A stretch of 64,000 nt of DNA from Octopus bimaculoides (lineage: Eukaryota): the NCBI RefSeq assembly GCF_001194135.2, contig NC_068987.1, positions 19,139,726 through 19,203,725 on the forward strand. Direction: 5' to 3'. This document shows, in pieces, positions 51,650 to 64,000 of this stretch. Below the pieces are notes generated by a model. The model was not told the DNA's origin and ran no database searches. It was given only the letters and a program-made list of their open reading frames with translations. A program made the translations under genes and the position numbers. Each line of letters opens with the position of its first letter. The first letter of the stretch is position 1.

Positions 51650-51970
51650 GTACAATTTTTTTTTTCTACTCTTTCATGCTATGCATCAGAAAATTTGTGA
51701 TGTCAGCAACACCAAACATCTGCAGGCATTCAATGATCCAAGGATGAAGCATCATATCATATGCCTTCTTAAAGTCAATCCATGCCATAGACATGATTCT
51801 ATGATGTTTTTTACAATGCTTCAAAACTATTTTATTGATGACCAGGTGATCCTTGGTACCCTGAGAACTCTTCCTACATCCTTTTTGTTCTCTTGGTAGT
51901 ATTTCTTCCTGTGCCACGGAAGTGTATGTCTTTGCCACACATATTTCAGTGAGTATCTTCCAGATTATGT
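51650..51970 (-). mobile_element. Inverted segment of an R4/Dong-type retrotransposon (early reverse transcriptase motifs)
   Basis: IWKILT...ILPREQKGC...GTKDHLVINK...AWIDFKKAYD...HPWIIECL. Confidence 0.88.
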
Positions 51971-53160
51971 TGAAGTAGTCAGATATAGTGCGTCCATCCT
52001 CAAATGGACTAAGGAGGAAATATCAACGCTGGATAGAAGGACAAGAAAGTTGGTGATGCTGCATGGGGTGCTACACCCAAAAGCAAATGTAAACAGATTG
52101 TATGCGAAAAGAAAGAATGGTGGCAGAGGACTAATTAGTATAGACCATTGTCTAAGGAGTGAAAGGAGAACACTTGCTGAGTATTTGATAAATAGTGGTG
52201 AAGACCTGCTGCAATATGCTGTGATGATATGGGTGTAAATACAGATTAAATGATGAGCAAGGAAGAGTTTAACCAAAGAGCTGAGGAGAAGGGAAAAGAA
52301 GACCTTCTTGAAACAAGAATGCATGGACAGTTTGAAAGGAATATACAGGATGGTAAGGATAATACAGCATCATGGGCATGGCTTGAGTGAAGTGATTTGA
52401 AGCCTACCACTGAAAGCCTGATTACTGTTGCACAAGACCAGGCTCTTGCTACTAATTCAGTGAAGTATAACATCTATAAAATCTTTGATACCTAGAAATG
52501 CAGACTCTGTGGAAAGAGTATGGAAAATGTGACTCACTTGGTAAGTGGATGTGAGAGCCTTGCACAAAAAGAATACAAGCACTGTCATGATAAAGTGTGT
52601 GTGTCTTCATTGGCTCTTATGCCATAAATATCAATATGAAGTAGCAGAGAACTGGTATGAGCATGTACTAAGTAAAGTTATGCAGGAGGATGGAAAAGTA
52701 ACGATACTCTGGGACTATGATTTTCAGACGGATCGTGTAATCGAACACCATCGACCGGATATTGCCATGTAGAATAAGAGAGACAAATACTGTCAGATCA
52801 TTGATGTAGCCATGCCAAATGACATGAATGTTGTGAATAAAGAAGTTGAAAAAACCACCAAGTACTCCGAATTGAAAGTGGAAATGGCAAGACTGAATGG
52901 AATGTGAGAGGGTAATGTAAAAGTGATACCAGTGGTGATTGGAGCATTGGGCTCAATCCCATTGAAACTTCAAAACTTCTTAAGGCAACTGAAAATCCCA
53001 TGCAAGATTGATGTCTTGCAAAAAGCAGCCTTACTGGGCTCAGCACACATCTTAAGGAAAGTATTATTTGTCTTAGGTCCTTGTTGTGACTTGACAGATG
53101 ACTAAAGACTCCAGTGCATATTTACCTACACTGTGTTATGAAGGAATAATAATAATAATA
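51971..53160 (+). mobile_element. R4/Dong-clade non-LTR retrotransposon, 3' part (thumb, CCHC zinc knuckle, restriction-like endonuclease), pseudogenised, (AAT)n tail
   Basis: HPKANVNRLYAKRKNGGRGL; CRLCGKSMENVTHLVSGC (52499-52552); HRPD...IDVAMPND...EKxxKY; IPVVIGALG; QKAALLGSAHILRKVL; stops and frameshifts present. Confidence 0.92.
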
Positions 53161-53337
53161 ACAACAACATTAATACTATTAATAATGATTTCTTTTATTT
53201 GGCATGGGTTGGATGGTTTGACTGAGAACTGGCAAGCCAGGAGGCTGCGCCAGCCTCCAATTTGATTTAGCAAGGTTTCTACAGCTGAAAGCCCGTCCTA
53301 ATGCCAACCACTCCAAGAGTGTAGTGGTTGCTTTTGT

Positions 53338-53582
53338 GTGCCACCAACACGGGAGCCAGTCTGACAGCACTGGCATGGGCCATGCTCAAATGCCACATTT
53401 TTACATGCCACCGGCACGGGTTCCAGTCATGTAGCACTGGCATCGGTCATGCTTGAATGGTTCATTTTATGAGCCACAGGCACAGGTGCCAGTCAGGTGG
53501 CACTGGCATTGACCATGCTCAAATGGTGCTTCTTACGTGCCACCAGAATAGGTGCTAGTTATGCAGCAGTGGCATTGGCCAT
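53338..53582. repeat. About 3.5 copies of a roughly 70-nt GC-rich unit inside a SINE-like element
   Basis: Recurrent gtgccacc..cac.gg.gccagtc....gcactggcat.g.ccatgct. Confidence 0.7.
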
Positions 53583-54124
53583 GTGTGCATATATCATCAT
53601 CATCATCGTTTAACGTCCGCTTTCCATGCTAGCATGGGTTGGACGATTTGACTGAGGACTGGTGAAACCGGATGGCAACACCAGGCTCCAATCTAAATTT
53701 GGCAGAGTTTCTACAGCTGGATGCCCTTCCTAACGCCAATATATATATATGTATACAGATGTGTGCATTTGTGAGTGTGTGTGTGTGTGTGTGTGTTTTA
53801 CTGTCTCCTTGCCTTGACACCACATAACACATAAGTAAATATCACTGACATGCAAGCTGTGTCCTTTATTTCTAGGTAAAACAATGTGCATCCATATAAT
53901 GTTACTTTCTTCACCATGGTGTTGGACAAGAATGAAAAACTCAAATTAATCTTATTAAAATGGGCAATTTGTCTGCCTCCTTTAAATACCAACAGCCCCT
54001 TACTCCCCTTGAGTAACAATCACTCTTGGTCACTCTTCCAAGTTTGGATTTTATACTTCGGCATATTAGCACACTGTGGAATGAGACACTACATAAAATG
54101 CTCAAAGTCCTGAGTTTCTATATT

Positions 54125-54304
54125 CTTTTACTCTTTTACTTGTTTTAGTCATTTGACTGTGGCCATGCTGGAGCACCCCCTTTAGTCTTTGTAAGCCTAG
54201 TACTTATTCTATCGGTGTCTTTTGCCGAACTGCTAAGTGACGAGGACATAAACACACCAGCATCGGTTGTCAAGCGATGCTAGGGGACAAACACAGACAC
54301 ACAA

Positions 54305-54341
<37 letters not shown>

Positions 54342-54393
54342 NNNNNNNNNNNNNNNNNNNNNNNNNNNNNNNNNNNNNNNNNNNNATATACAC

Positions 54394-54428
<35 letters not shown>

Positions 54429-54599
54429 CATACATATGATGGGCTTCTTTCAGTTTCCGTCTACCAAATCCACTCACAAGGCTTTGGTTGGCCCGAGGCT
54501 ATAGTAGAAGACACTTGCCCAAGATGCCACGCAGTGGGACTGAACCCGGAACCATGTGGTTGGTAGGCAAGCTACTTACCACACAGCCACTCCTGCGCC
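54125..54599 (-). mobile_element. Full-length octopus-type SINE with a 6-bp TSD (TATATT)
   Basis: Reverse complement of the 50121 family; TATATT at 54119-54124 and 54600-54605; N-gap inside the central (TA)n. Confidence 0.9.
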
Positions 54600-54910
54600 T
54601 ATATTGTAGATCTAAAAATAATACTGTACAGAAAGAGTCTCCAGGACAGAGAGACCTAGCGAAAATCATAAGTGCCTAAATTTTTACACTCATATTATTA
54701 CTAACTTTGACACTGCTTATAGCATTGTCATACATAGTTTGATCTGCTATTAAGAACCATTAAAAATTTGAAGGCTCATCAACGTACAGGGTATAAGATC
54801 ATGCAAAAGGACTTTCCCATGTATGTAATATTTTACCTTATAATCATCATAATGTCGAGCTTTCTCAGAAAAAGAAAAAAAACTATATGCATGTATACAT
54901 ACATACATAT

Positions 54911-54941
<31 letters not shown>

Positions 54942-55112
54942 CATACATACATACATATATACATACATACATACATATATACATACATACATACATACAT
55001 GAACTATCTCATAGCTATGAGATTTGATGTGATTGTTTATTTTTAGAATGACTTTGTAGGGTAGGTGTGAGAGGTGAGATCTGGCCAGTCTGAACATAAA
55101 ACAGGTAGAGTA

Positions 55113-55271
55113 TTTTGGTAGACGGAAACTGAAAGAAGCCCGTCGTATATATATNNNNNNNNNNNNNNNNNNNNNNNNNNNNNNNNNNNNNNNNNNNNNN
55201 NNNNNNNNNNNNNNNNNNNNNNNNNNNNNNNNNNNNNNNNNNNNNNNNNNNNNNNNNNNNNNNNNNNNNNN

Positions 55272-55306
<35 letters not shown>

Positions 55307-55501
55307 TTGTCCCCCCCAACATCGCTGGACAACCGATGCTGGTGTGTTTATGTCCCCGTAACTTAGCTGTTCGGCAAAAGAACCGATAGAATAAGTACTA
55401 GGCTTCTAAAGAATAAGTCCTGGGGTCGATTTGCTTGACTAAAGGCGGTGCTCCACCATGGCCACAGTCAAAAGACTGAAACAAGTAAAAGAATAAAAGA
55501 G
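55113..55501 (+). mobile_element. 5'-truncated copy of the same SINE family
   Basis: Matches the 3' two-thirds of 50121-50530. Confidence 0.85.
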
Positions 55502-55596
55502 TATACATATATCTGTACTTACATCTATCATCTATCTACCCATATACATACACACACACACACACACATATATATAACAGATAGACATATAGACGT

Positions 55597-55606
<10 letters not shown>

Positions 55607-55647
<41 letters not shown>
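55607..55647 (+). repeat. (TAGA)n microsatellite
   Basis: Read directly. Confidence 0.95.
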
Positions 55648-57163
55648 TTCAGGCAAAGCATTGAAAAAGGTTTAACACTCCAGAAACCAAGTTTAGCAAA
55701 AGCGGTACTGCATTATCAGCAAGATGCTCTCAAAATGTGCACATGAGATAGACAGTCAGACTGGCTGACAGGCAGCAGCTACACACAGACGATCCAACAG
55801 CCAAGCAGGCACACACAAGGCAGGCAGCAGACATCAGCCACAACTGCTTAGTACTTTGAATCTACCAGATCTCAGATGATGTCCATAATTAGAGCGGTTG
55901 GAACTTGTTTATTATAGTATATAGACTCACTCTCTCTGTCTCTCTCTCTCTCTAGGCTGACGTTTTTGTTACTGCTGCTGCTACTGTTGTTGGTGTTATT
56001 GTCTCTGCTGTTACTGTATACAGTGTGTGTGTGTGGTGCAAGTTCTGCACAGACTATACTGCTATAAGTGTGTTTGTCTGTAAGAACTTATGCACACGTG
56101 TGAGAGAGAGAGAGTGTGTGTGTGTGTGTGTTTGTGTGTGTGAACATTTATGATGCTATACTTTTTAAGTTTTAGAAGAAGTATAATTCTAAAAAGCTAC
56201 ACTTGTGTGTAAGTTCTTATACACAAGTGGATACGTATGCATAATAGTGTTAGGTTTAGATATAATATACTTCTACACGGATGTTTTTTTTATATTTAAC
56301 TATGTTGTATATTTCTATGTGTTTGTGCTTCTAAGAGTATATAATATTTTCCGAGTATATCTTTATAAGGTTCTGTTTATAATAGTTTATATATACATAT
56401 GTGTGTATATGCGTATATAAATTTCAGAGAGTGTATTTCAATAAGAGTGTGGCAAGAAGAGTTTATATACAAATGTGTTCAAATGTATGCATGTATGTAT
56501 GTATGTATATGAGTGTGTGTGTGTGCGTATGTATGTAAGTAGGCATGTATGTATGTGTAAACATGCATTAATTTTACAGAAAGTATTTTTATATAAGGGT
56601 GTGTCTGTAAGACTATATATATATATATATCCATGAGTGTATATGTATGTGTGTGTGTGTATGCCTATATGAGAGTAAGTTAAATGCGTATATTGAAGTA
56701 GACAGGCACACATAGTGTATATACATATGTGTGTATGTATGTGCATGCATACATGTATTTGTATGTATGTATATGTGTGTGTGTGTGTGAATTTAAATAT
56801 ACACACTCACACGTGCGCGCATGCGCACCCCCACCCACAGACACACACACACACATCTTTTATAAATACATATCCTTTACTTTGTCCAGTCACTGGACTG
56901 TGGCTATGCAGGAGTACTGCAATGAATGGTCTAATCAAATAAACTGACTCCAGAAGGTACATTTTTTTAAAGCCTAGTACTTATTCTACCAGTCACTTTC
57001 GCTAAACAACTAAGTTACAGGGATGTAAACAAACCCACATTGGTTGTCCAGCCAGCAAATGTATACACAAATACTCTTACATGCATACATACATACATAT
57101 ACAACAGGCTTCTTTCAGTTTCTGTCTATCAAATACACTCTCAACACTTTGGTCTGCCTAGAG

Positions 57164-57368
57164 CAGGGCTGGCCAACCTGAGGCCCGCAGGTCGCATGCT
57201 GCCTGCAGACTTTTGTCTTGTGTCCCGCCATCTTTTGTCTTGCGTCCTGCAGACTTTTATCTTGCGGCCCACTCAATACTTCCTTGAAATGGGTTTATTT
57301 AAACAAACATTTAAAAAATTTTATCAAAAATTAAAGATTGTAATGAAAAGTAAAAAAGAAAGCTACTA
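57164..57368 (+). mobile_element. hAT left-end fragment, followed directly by a SINE
   Basis: cctagag|CAGGGCTGGCCAACCTGAGGCCCGC resembles SPIN/Charlie-type ends. Confidence 0.55.
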
Positions 57369-57777
57369 GGCACAGGAGTGGCTGTGTGGTAAGTAGCTTG
57401 CTTACCAGCCACATGGTTCTGGGTTCAGTCCCACTGCGTGGCACCTTGGGCAAGTGTCTTCTATTATAGCCTCGGGCCGACCAAAGCCTTGTCAGTGGAT
57501 TTGGTAGATGGAAACTGAAAGAAGCCTGTCATATATATATATATATCTGTATGTGTGTGTATATGTTTGTGTGTCTGTGTTTGTCCCCCCAACTTCGCTT
57601 GACAACCGATGCTGGTGTGTTTACGTCCCCGTAACTTAGCGGTTCGGCAAAAGAGACCGATAGAATAAGTACTAGGCTTACAAAGTCCTGGGGTCGATTT
57701 GCTCGACTAAAGGCGGTGCTCCAGCATGGCCGCAGTCAAATGACTGAAACAAGTAAAAGAGTAAAAAGAGTAAAGAG
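57369..57777 (+). mobile_element. Full-length octopus-type SINE
   Basis: Head GGCACAGGAGTGGCTGTGTGG, central (TA)n(TG)n, (GTAAAAGA)n tail. Confidence 0.9.
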
Positions 57778-58251
57778 TGCTGTTTTTGCAATGATAATAT
57801 TTCATGTTGAATCAACAATCATTCATTCATTATTGTAATAATAGCATGCAAAAGCAAAATGCTTTTAATTCTGTCAGTGTGTAAGTGGCCCTTAAAAAAA
57901 CTTTCTGTGATTAAAGTGGCCTGTAATGTAATTCAAGTTGGTCAGGCCTGGCCTAGAGCTATAGTACAAAGCACTTTCCCAAGATGCCATGCAATGAGAT
58001 TGAACCCAGTACTTGCATCTTTAAGTCTAGTACTATATCAGTTTCTTTTGTTGAACTACTAGGTTACCAGCACATAAACAAATCAATGCCAATTGGTGGG
58101 AGAAGGACAAACCAGAACATAAAGACAAATATATGTAATATGCACGGACATAAATATACATTTATCATCATCACCATCATTTAACATCCATCTTCCATGC
58201 TGGTATGGGTTGGACAGTTTATATATGTGTATATATTTCTACCTATATACG

Positions 58252-58291
<40 letters not shown>

Positions 58292-58880
58292 CAAATTGAA
58301 TAAACGAACATTAAATACAACAAAAACAAACAACAAGAGGAGGTGCACATGCAATGCATTAGTTTGACGCTCAGTAAAAAGAGAAAGCATTTGACATTTC
58401 AAACGTTGCTTTATGTTGGAAGGGAAAACGGAAAAGTCTAAAGAAGGAAAAAAAAATCACCAACAGCATGTGTGTAGTTACATTACTGATATNNNNNNNN
58501 NNNNNNNNNNNNNNNNNNNNNNNNNNNNNNNNNNNNNNNNNNNNNNNNNNNNNNNNNNNNNNNNNNNNNNNNNNNNNNNNNNNNNNNNNNNNNNNNNNNN
58601 NNNNNNNNNNNNNNNNNNNNNNNNNNNNNNNNNNNNNNNNNNNNNNNNNNNNNNNNNNNNNNNNNNNNNNNNNNNNNNNNNNNNNNNNNNNNNNNNNNNN
58701 NNNNNNNNNNNNNNNNNNNNNNNNNNNNNNNNNNNNNNNNNNNNNNNNNNNNNNNNNNNNNNNNNNNNNNNNNNNNNNNNNNNNNNNNNNNNNNNNNNNN
58801 NNNNNNNNNNNNNNNNNNNNNNNNNNNNNNNNNNNNNNNNNNNNNNNNNNNNNNNNNNNNNNNNNNNNNNNNNNNNNNNN

Positions 58881-59040
58881 TTAGTCGAGCAAATCGACCC
58901 CAGGACTTATTCTTTAGAAGCCTAGTACTTATTCTATCGATCTCTTTTGCCGAACCGCTAAGTTACGGGGACATAAACACACCAGCATCGGTTGTCAAGC
59001 GATGTTGGGGGGACAAACATGCACACACACATACAAACAT

Positions 59041-59075
<35 letters not shown>

Positions 59076-59240
59076 CATATATACGACGGGCTTCTTTCAG
59101 TTTCCGTCTACCAAATCCACTCACAAGGCTTTGGTCGGCCCGAAGCTATAGTAGAAGACACTTGCCCAAGATGCCGCGCAGTGGGACTGAACCCGGGACC
59201 ATGTGGTTGGTAAGCTAGCTACTTACCACACAGCCACTCC
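58881..59240 (-). mobile_element. Octopus-type SINE; 3' end lost in the N-gap
   Basis: Reverse complement of the family sequence. Confidence 0.88.
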
Positions 59241-59699
59241 TATATATACATACACACACACACACATGTACACACACACATATACATGCATATATATCTA
59301 TGTCATCATCACCAATCATTATCAACATTTAATGTCCATTTTCCATGCTGGCATGGGTTGGATGGGTTGACAGGGACGAGCAAGGCCAGGTGTTGCACCA
59401 GGTTACTTAGTCTGTTTTGGTTTGGTTTCTACAACTGTATACCCTTCTTAATGCTAACCACTTTACAGAATGCACTGGATTCTTTTTATGTGGTACCAAC
59501 ACCAGTGCTTTTTACATGGCACATACGTATATATACATACATTTATATACAAACACAAAGTGAGAGAGAAAGACAGAAAGATAACCAGATAGATTGGTAG
59601 ATGGATAGATTTACATTTGCATGTATATTGTTGTTGTCATCATTGACATAATCATCATCGTTACCTTCATCCTTTTTATGCCTACTTTCTATACTATCG

Positions 59700-60130
59700 G
59701 ACTGGATAGATTTTCTTCACTACATCTCTCCAACTGTTGCAGCCATTCATCATCTCATTTGTGAGGCATGGCATCTTTTGATCAGCTTTCACCATTTCTG
59801 CTTATGCCTTCTTTGGTCTTTTGCTTCCACAAATTCCTTCCCCTTGGATAGTTTGGTATTTCCTTACTCAAATGTCATCCACCTCATATATCTCATGTCT
59901 TCTCTATTACATGCTACATCTGATTCTTCTTATCCAGTTTCTCTTATAGCTCATTTGTGTCTCTCATTCATGCACTTACTTACTTGCTCAGGTCTTTTGG
60001 CCCTTCTTGAAACATAGACCATCAAAGATCTCCCTCTCCTCCCTGTCCTGGCCTTTTCTTCTCCAATTAACCCCAGTCCATTCCATTCCAGTTTTTTCAC
60101 CTCATTCTCCAGGTGACACCACTAGTATTT
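59700..60130 (-). mobile_element. Decayed RTE-clade LINE 3' fragment
   Basis: WIRRIRCS...EGICGSKRPKKA*AEMVKADQK...WRDVV resembles the EG.CGRGRPRKTW.EVV..DL...WR pattern. Confidence 0.6.
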
Positions 60131-61037
60131 CCTGATCCTTTGACCATAATGTTCCACTTAAGAGACTGCCGAGTTATGTTGTGTAGGGGAGCATCTGTAT
60201 CTGCATTATTCTTTCAACTTTCGACACCAGGGGAGGGAGAAGTCAATTACATAGACTTCAGTACTCAAGTGGTACTTATTTTTATTAACTCCAAAAAGTA
60301 TGAAAGGCAAAGATGACCCTAGAAGCATTTGAACTCAGAACATAAAGAGCTAGAAGAAATGCTGCTAAGCATTTTAACAGTTCTGCCAGCTTGTCACCTT
60401 CTGTCTTTGAATTATATATCCATTGTGATATTGGAGCCATTTTTAATTACCATCATGCCAAGAAATGGTAATTCTGTAATCCTCAACCCCTCTGTAAATT
60501 TCAGAATTTGCTGTAAATTATTCAGAAAAATTCAAAATTCTTCTGAAGTGTCTACAGATTTAATCTTATCAAACAGTCATCCAAAAAAAGTAGCCTGTTA
60601 TTGAATTTACATACATTGGAGTGAACTTCGTCCCCATGGCTTGATCTCTAATTTGTGGATACTTTTCCCTATTGAAAAAGAATGTGTTATTCTTAAGGAT
60701 ACGACAAACAGAATCTAATATAAAGTCCATAGCAAATCCACTGGGAATCTCTTCCTACATTTTTTTTCCAAATATTTGATTACCATTATTCCTAAATCAT
60801 GTGGAATATTTGTGTGGAAGCTGACTACATCAAAAGTAATGAATTTTCTGTTACTTAGTTTTGATGTAGTAAAGTAAGGATCATGATTACAGAGGTGGCA
60901 AAGACATAGGAGCTGTGAGTAGAGGATGGAAGATTTGGAATGATTGGAGTACGACGAAATGAAGTTGAAACAAGAGAGGGAGTTGGCTGGTTTCTAGAAA
61001 ATTCATGTAGACAAATAGAGGCAGTTAGAAGATCAAC

Positions 61038-61086
<49 letters not shown>

Positions 61087-61423
61087 NNNNNNNNNNNNNN
61101 NNNNNNNNNNNNNNNNNNNNNNNNNNNNNNNNNNNNNNNNNNNNNNNNNNNNNNNNNNNNNNNNNNNNNNNNNNNNNNNNNNNNNNNNNNNNNNNNNNNN
61201 NNNNNNNNNNNNNNNNNNNNNNNNNNNNNNNNNNNNNNNNNNNNNNNNNNNNNNNNNNNNNNNNNNNNNNNNNNNNNNNNNNNNNNNNNNNNNNNNNNNN
61301 NNNNNNNNNNNNNNNNNNNNNNNNNNNNNNNNNNNNNNNNNNNNNNNNNNNNNNNNNNNNNNNNNNNNNNNNNNNNNNNNNNNNNNNNNNNNNNNNNNNN
61401 NNNNNNNNNNNNNNNNNNNNNNN

Positions 61424-61456
<33 letters not shown>

Positions 61457-61533
61457 GTGTATGCATGTATGTATGTACGTACGTATGTATGTATGTGGTA
61501 TGTGTATGTATATACACACATACAGACACACTC

Positions 61534-61564
<31 letters not shown>

Positions 61565-62434
61565 AATAGCTATGCTGGAGTTGTGTGTTTCAGTAAAAGT
61601 GAGAAATCATTATTCAGACCATAATTTAGATAAATGACAGGGGAGACAGGATAATGTTTAGATTTTAGGATCAAAATAAATTTTAGCATCAAAATACATG
61701 TGGAGAGAATATTGATTAAACATCAGATTTTTGAATGGAGGTTATACCAAAATTCCTCTTAACAGCAGATTTAGTCTGAAAGAAAAGTTGCATAGAAATA
61801 TGTGTTCCTTGTAATTAGGGAGACCAATACAGGCATTAAATCAACTAGAAGTGCTCATGGCATCACTTTTTAGCTTCAAGTTAGCCTTTATCAAGTAGAC
61901 CGGGCATGGGCAACCTTGTCCGAGAAGCAGGCTGTATGAGACATGGCACATCATCAAGTGGGCCACAAATGCTAATTTACATTCGATCCCACATTTAAAA
62001 AAAAAAGAAGGGCGGTACCCACAATGCAACAGGCATTAATAAAGGAAGTTAGTCAGGTATGCAATAATTATTCCTCTTTAATCATAAAAATATAACGGGA
62101 GTTTTTAAACATCAAATGGTTATGAGGGTCCCACCCACTGAGTAAAACAGGAACCAAAGGGGTCCATAGGCAAAATATGGTTGAGAACCACTGTGTTAAA
62201 CAGATAATATTGATGGTGGGAGGTTCATTCTGCCAATAAAAGTATGCGTAGGTTGTAGTTCATTTCTTTATTAACTGATTGATTTGTTAGTCTTTTGTTA
62301 TACTTCTGTAGCCTTTTCAACAAGTTCTCCATGACTGCTGGTTTTCCAGATGTTTGGTCTTTATATATTGGTGATGGCGGCAAAGGAGATGATAGTATGG
62401 TGGTGGTAAGTCTTAGTAAATCATGCATATGTAT

Positions 62435-63161
62435 ACTCTTTACTCTTTTACTCTTTTACTTGTTTCAGTCATTTGACTGTGGCCATGCTGAAGCACCGCC
62501 TTTAGCCGAGCAAATCGACCCCAGGACTTATTCTTTGTAAGCCTAGTACTTATTCTATCGGTCTCTTTTGCCGAACCGCTAAGTTACGGGGACGTAAACA
62601 CACCAGCATCGGTTGTCAAGCGATGTTAGGGGGACAAACACAGACACACAAACATACACACACCGAGATCGTTGCTGGTTCCCCTGGACTGGCTCATGTG
62701 CGGGCGACACATGAAATCTTTCTTTTCTTTTTTTTTTTNNNNNNNNNNNNNNNNNNNNNNNNNNNNNNNNNNNNNNNNNNNNNNNNNNNNNNNNNNNNNN
62801 NNNNNNNNNNNNNNNNNNNNNNNNNNNNNNNNNNNNNNNNNNNNNNNNNNNNNNNNNNNNNNNNNNNNNNNNNNNNNNNNNGTTAGGAAGGGCATCCAGC
62901 TGTAGAAACTCTGCCAAATCAGATTGGAGCCTGGTGTAGCCATCTGGTTTCACCAGTCCTCAGTCAAATCGTCCAACCCATGCTAGCATGGAAAGCGGAC
63001 TTTAAACGACGATGACATATATACAACGAGCTTCTTTCAGTTTCCGTCTACCAAATCCACTCACAAGGCTTTGGTCGGCCCGAAGACACTTGCCCAAGGT
63101 GCCACACAGTGGGACTGAACCCGGAGCCATGTGATTGGTAAGCAAGCTACTTACCACACAG
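62435..63161 (-). mobile_element. Octopus-type SINE interrupted in its central microsatellite by other sequence, an N-gap and an oppositely oriented element (62882-63015)
   Basis: 3' half at 62435-62660, 5' half at about 63022-63161. Confidence 0.8.
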
Positions 63162-63429
63162 TGTTAATTGTTATTCTTTAGTTCTAAGTCAATCCTGATC
63201 AAACAGGCACATGATCAGAGGCACCTCAGATTATGACCATGCAGTTGTACTTTTTTATGTGTCAGGAATGCAGGACTACATTATCATGATATGGCTTCTT
63301 CCAAGACACCATTCTTGTTTGGTGTGCATCTATCTGTATGTGTGTATATATATTTGTGCGTGTGTGTGTGTGTTTACACATGTGCATGTATTTATGTGTG
63401 TATGTATGTATGAACGTATATATTTTATC

Positions 63430-63890
<461 letters not shown>

Positions 63891-64000
63891 CATACAATGT
63901 ATTTTTTATTTATCAGCAAAAGTTACAGAGTGACTCAGGAGTCAAGTGTTTCATGCTTTGGCACTTAAGTTACTCTGTAACTTCTGCTGATTAATAAAAA

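Overview
AT-rich, repeat-dense animal genomic DNA with six N-gaps. The SINE and microsatellite content suggests an octopod cephalopod (inferred from pattern recognition, not a search). The only host gene I can reconstruct is the 5' part of a La-related protein 1 (LARP1) gene on the minus strand. It has nine phase-compatible GT-AG coding exons from ATG 43049 down to 464 (1483 coding nt, about 494 aa). They encode the PLPxxNPW, NWP and KWVP motifs, an RG-rich tract, the La motif and a PAM2 motif. The gene runs off the left edge, so the DM15 region is not in the window. A 35.4-kb first coding intron holds a candidate 21-nt microexon and a second promoter-like island. The rest is transposon-derived: the 3' end of a Helitron, several tRNA-derived SINE families, piggyBac-like and hAT MITEs or remnants, RTE and CR1/L2-type LINE fragments, and an R4/Dong-type retrotransposon with an inverted 5' segment. 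The most unusual items are a TSD-flanked SINE ending in a degenerate Penelope-type minimal hammerhead ribozyme, the twin-priming-like R4/Dong insertion, the microexon, and paired GTCACGTGAC/YY1 promoter islands. I found no CRISPR array, rRNA or true tRNA gene, and no clearly novel multi-gene system. Exon coordinates were read by hand; repeat boundaries are approximate.
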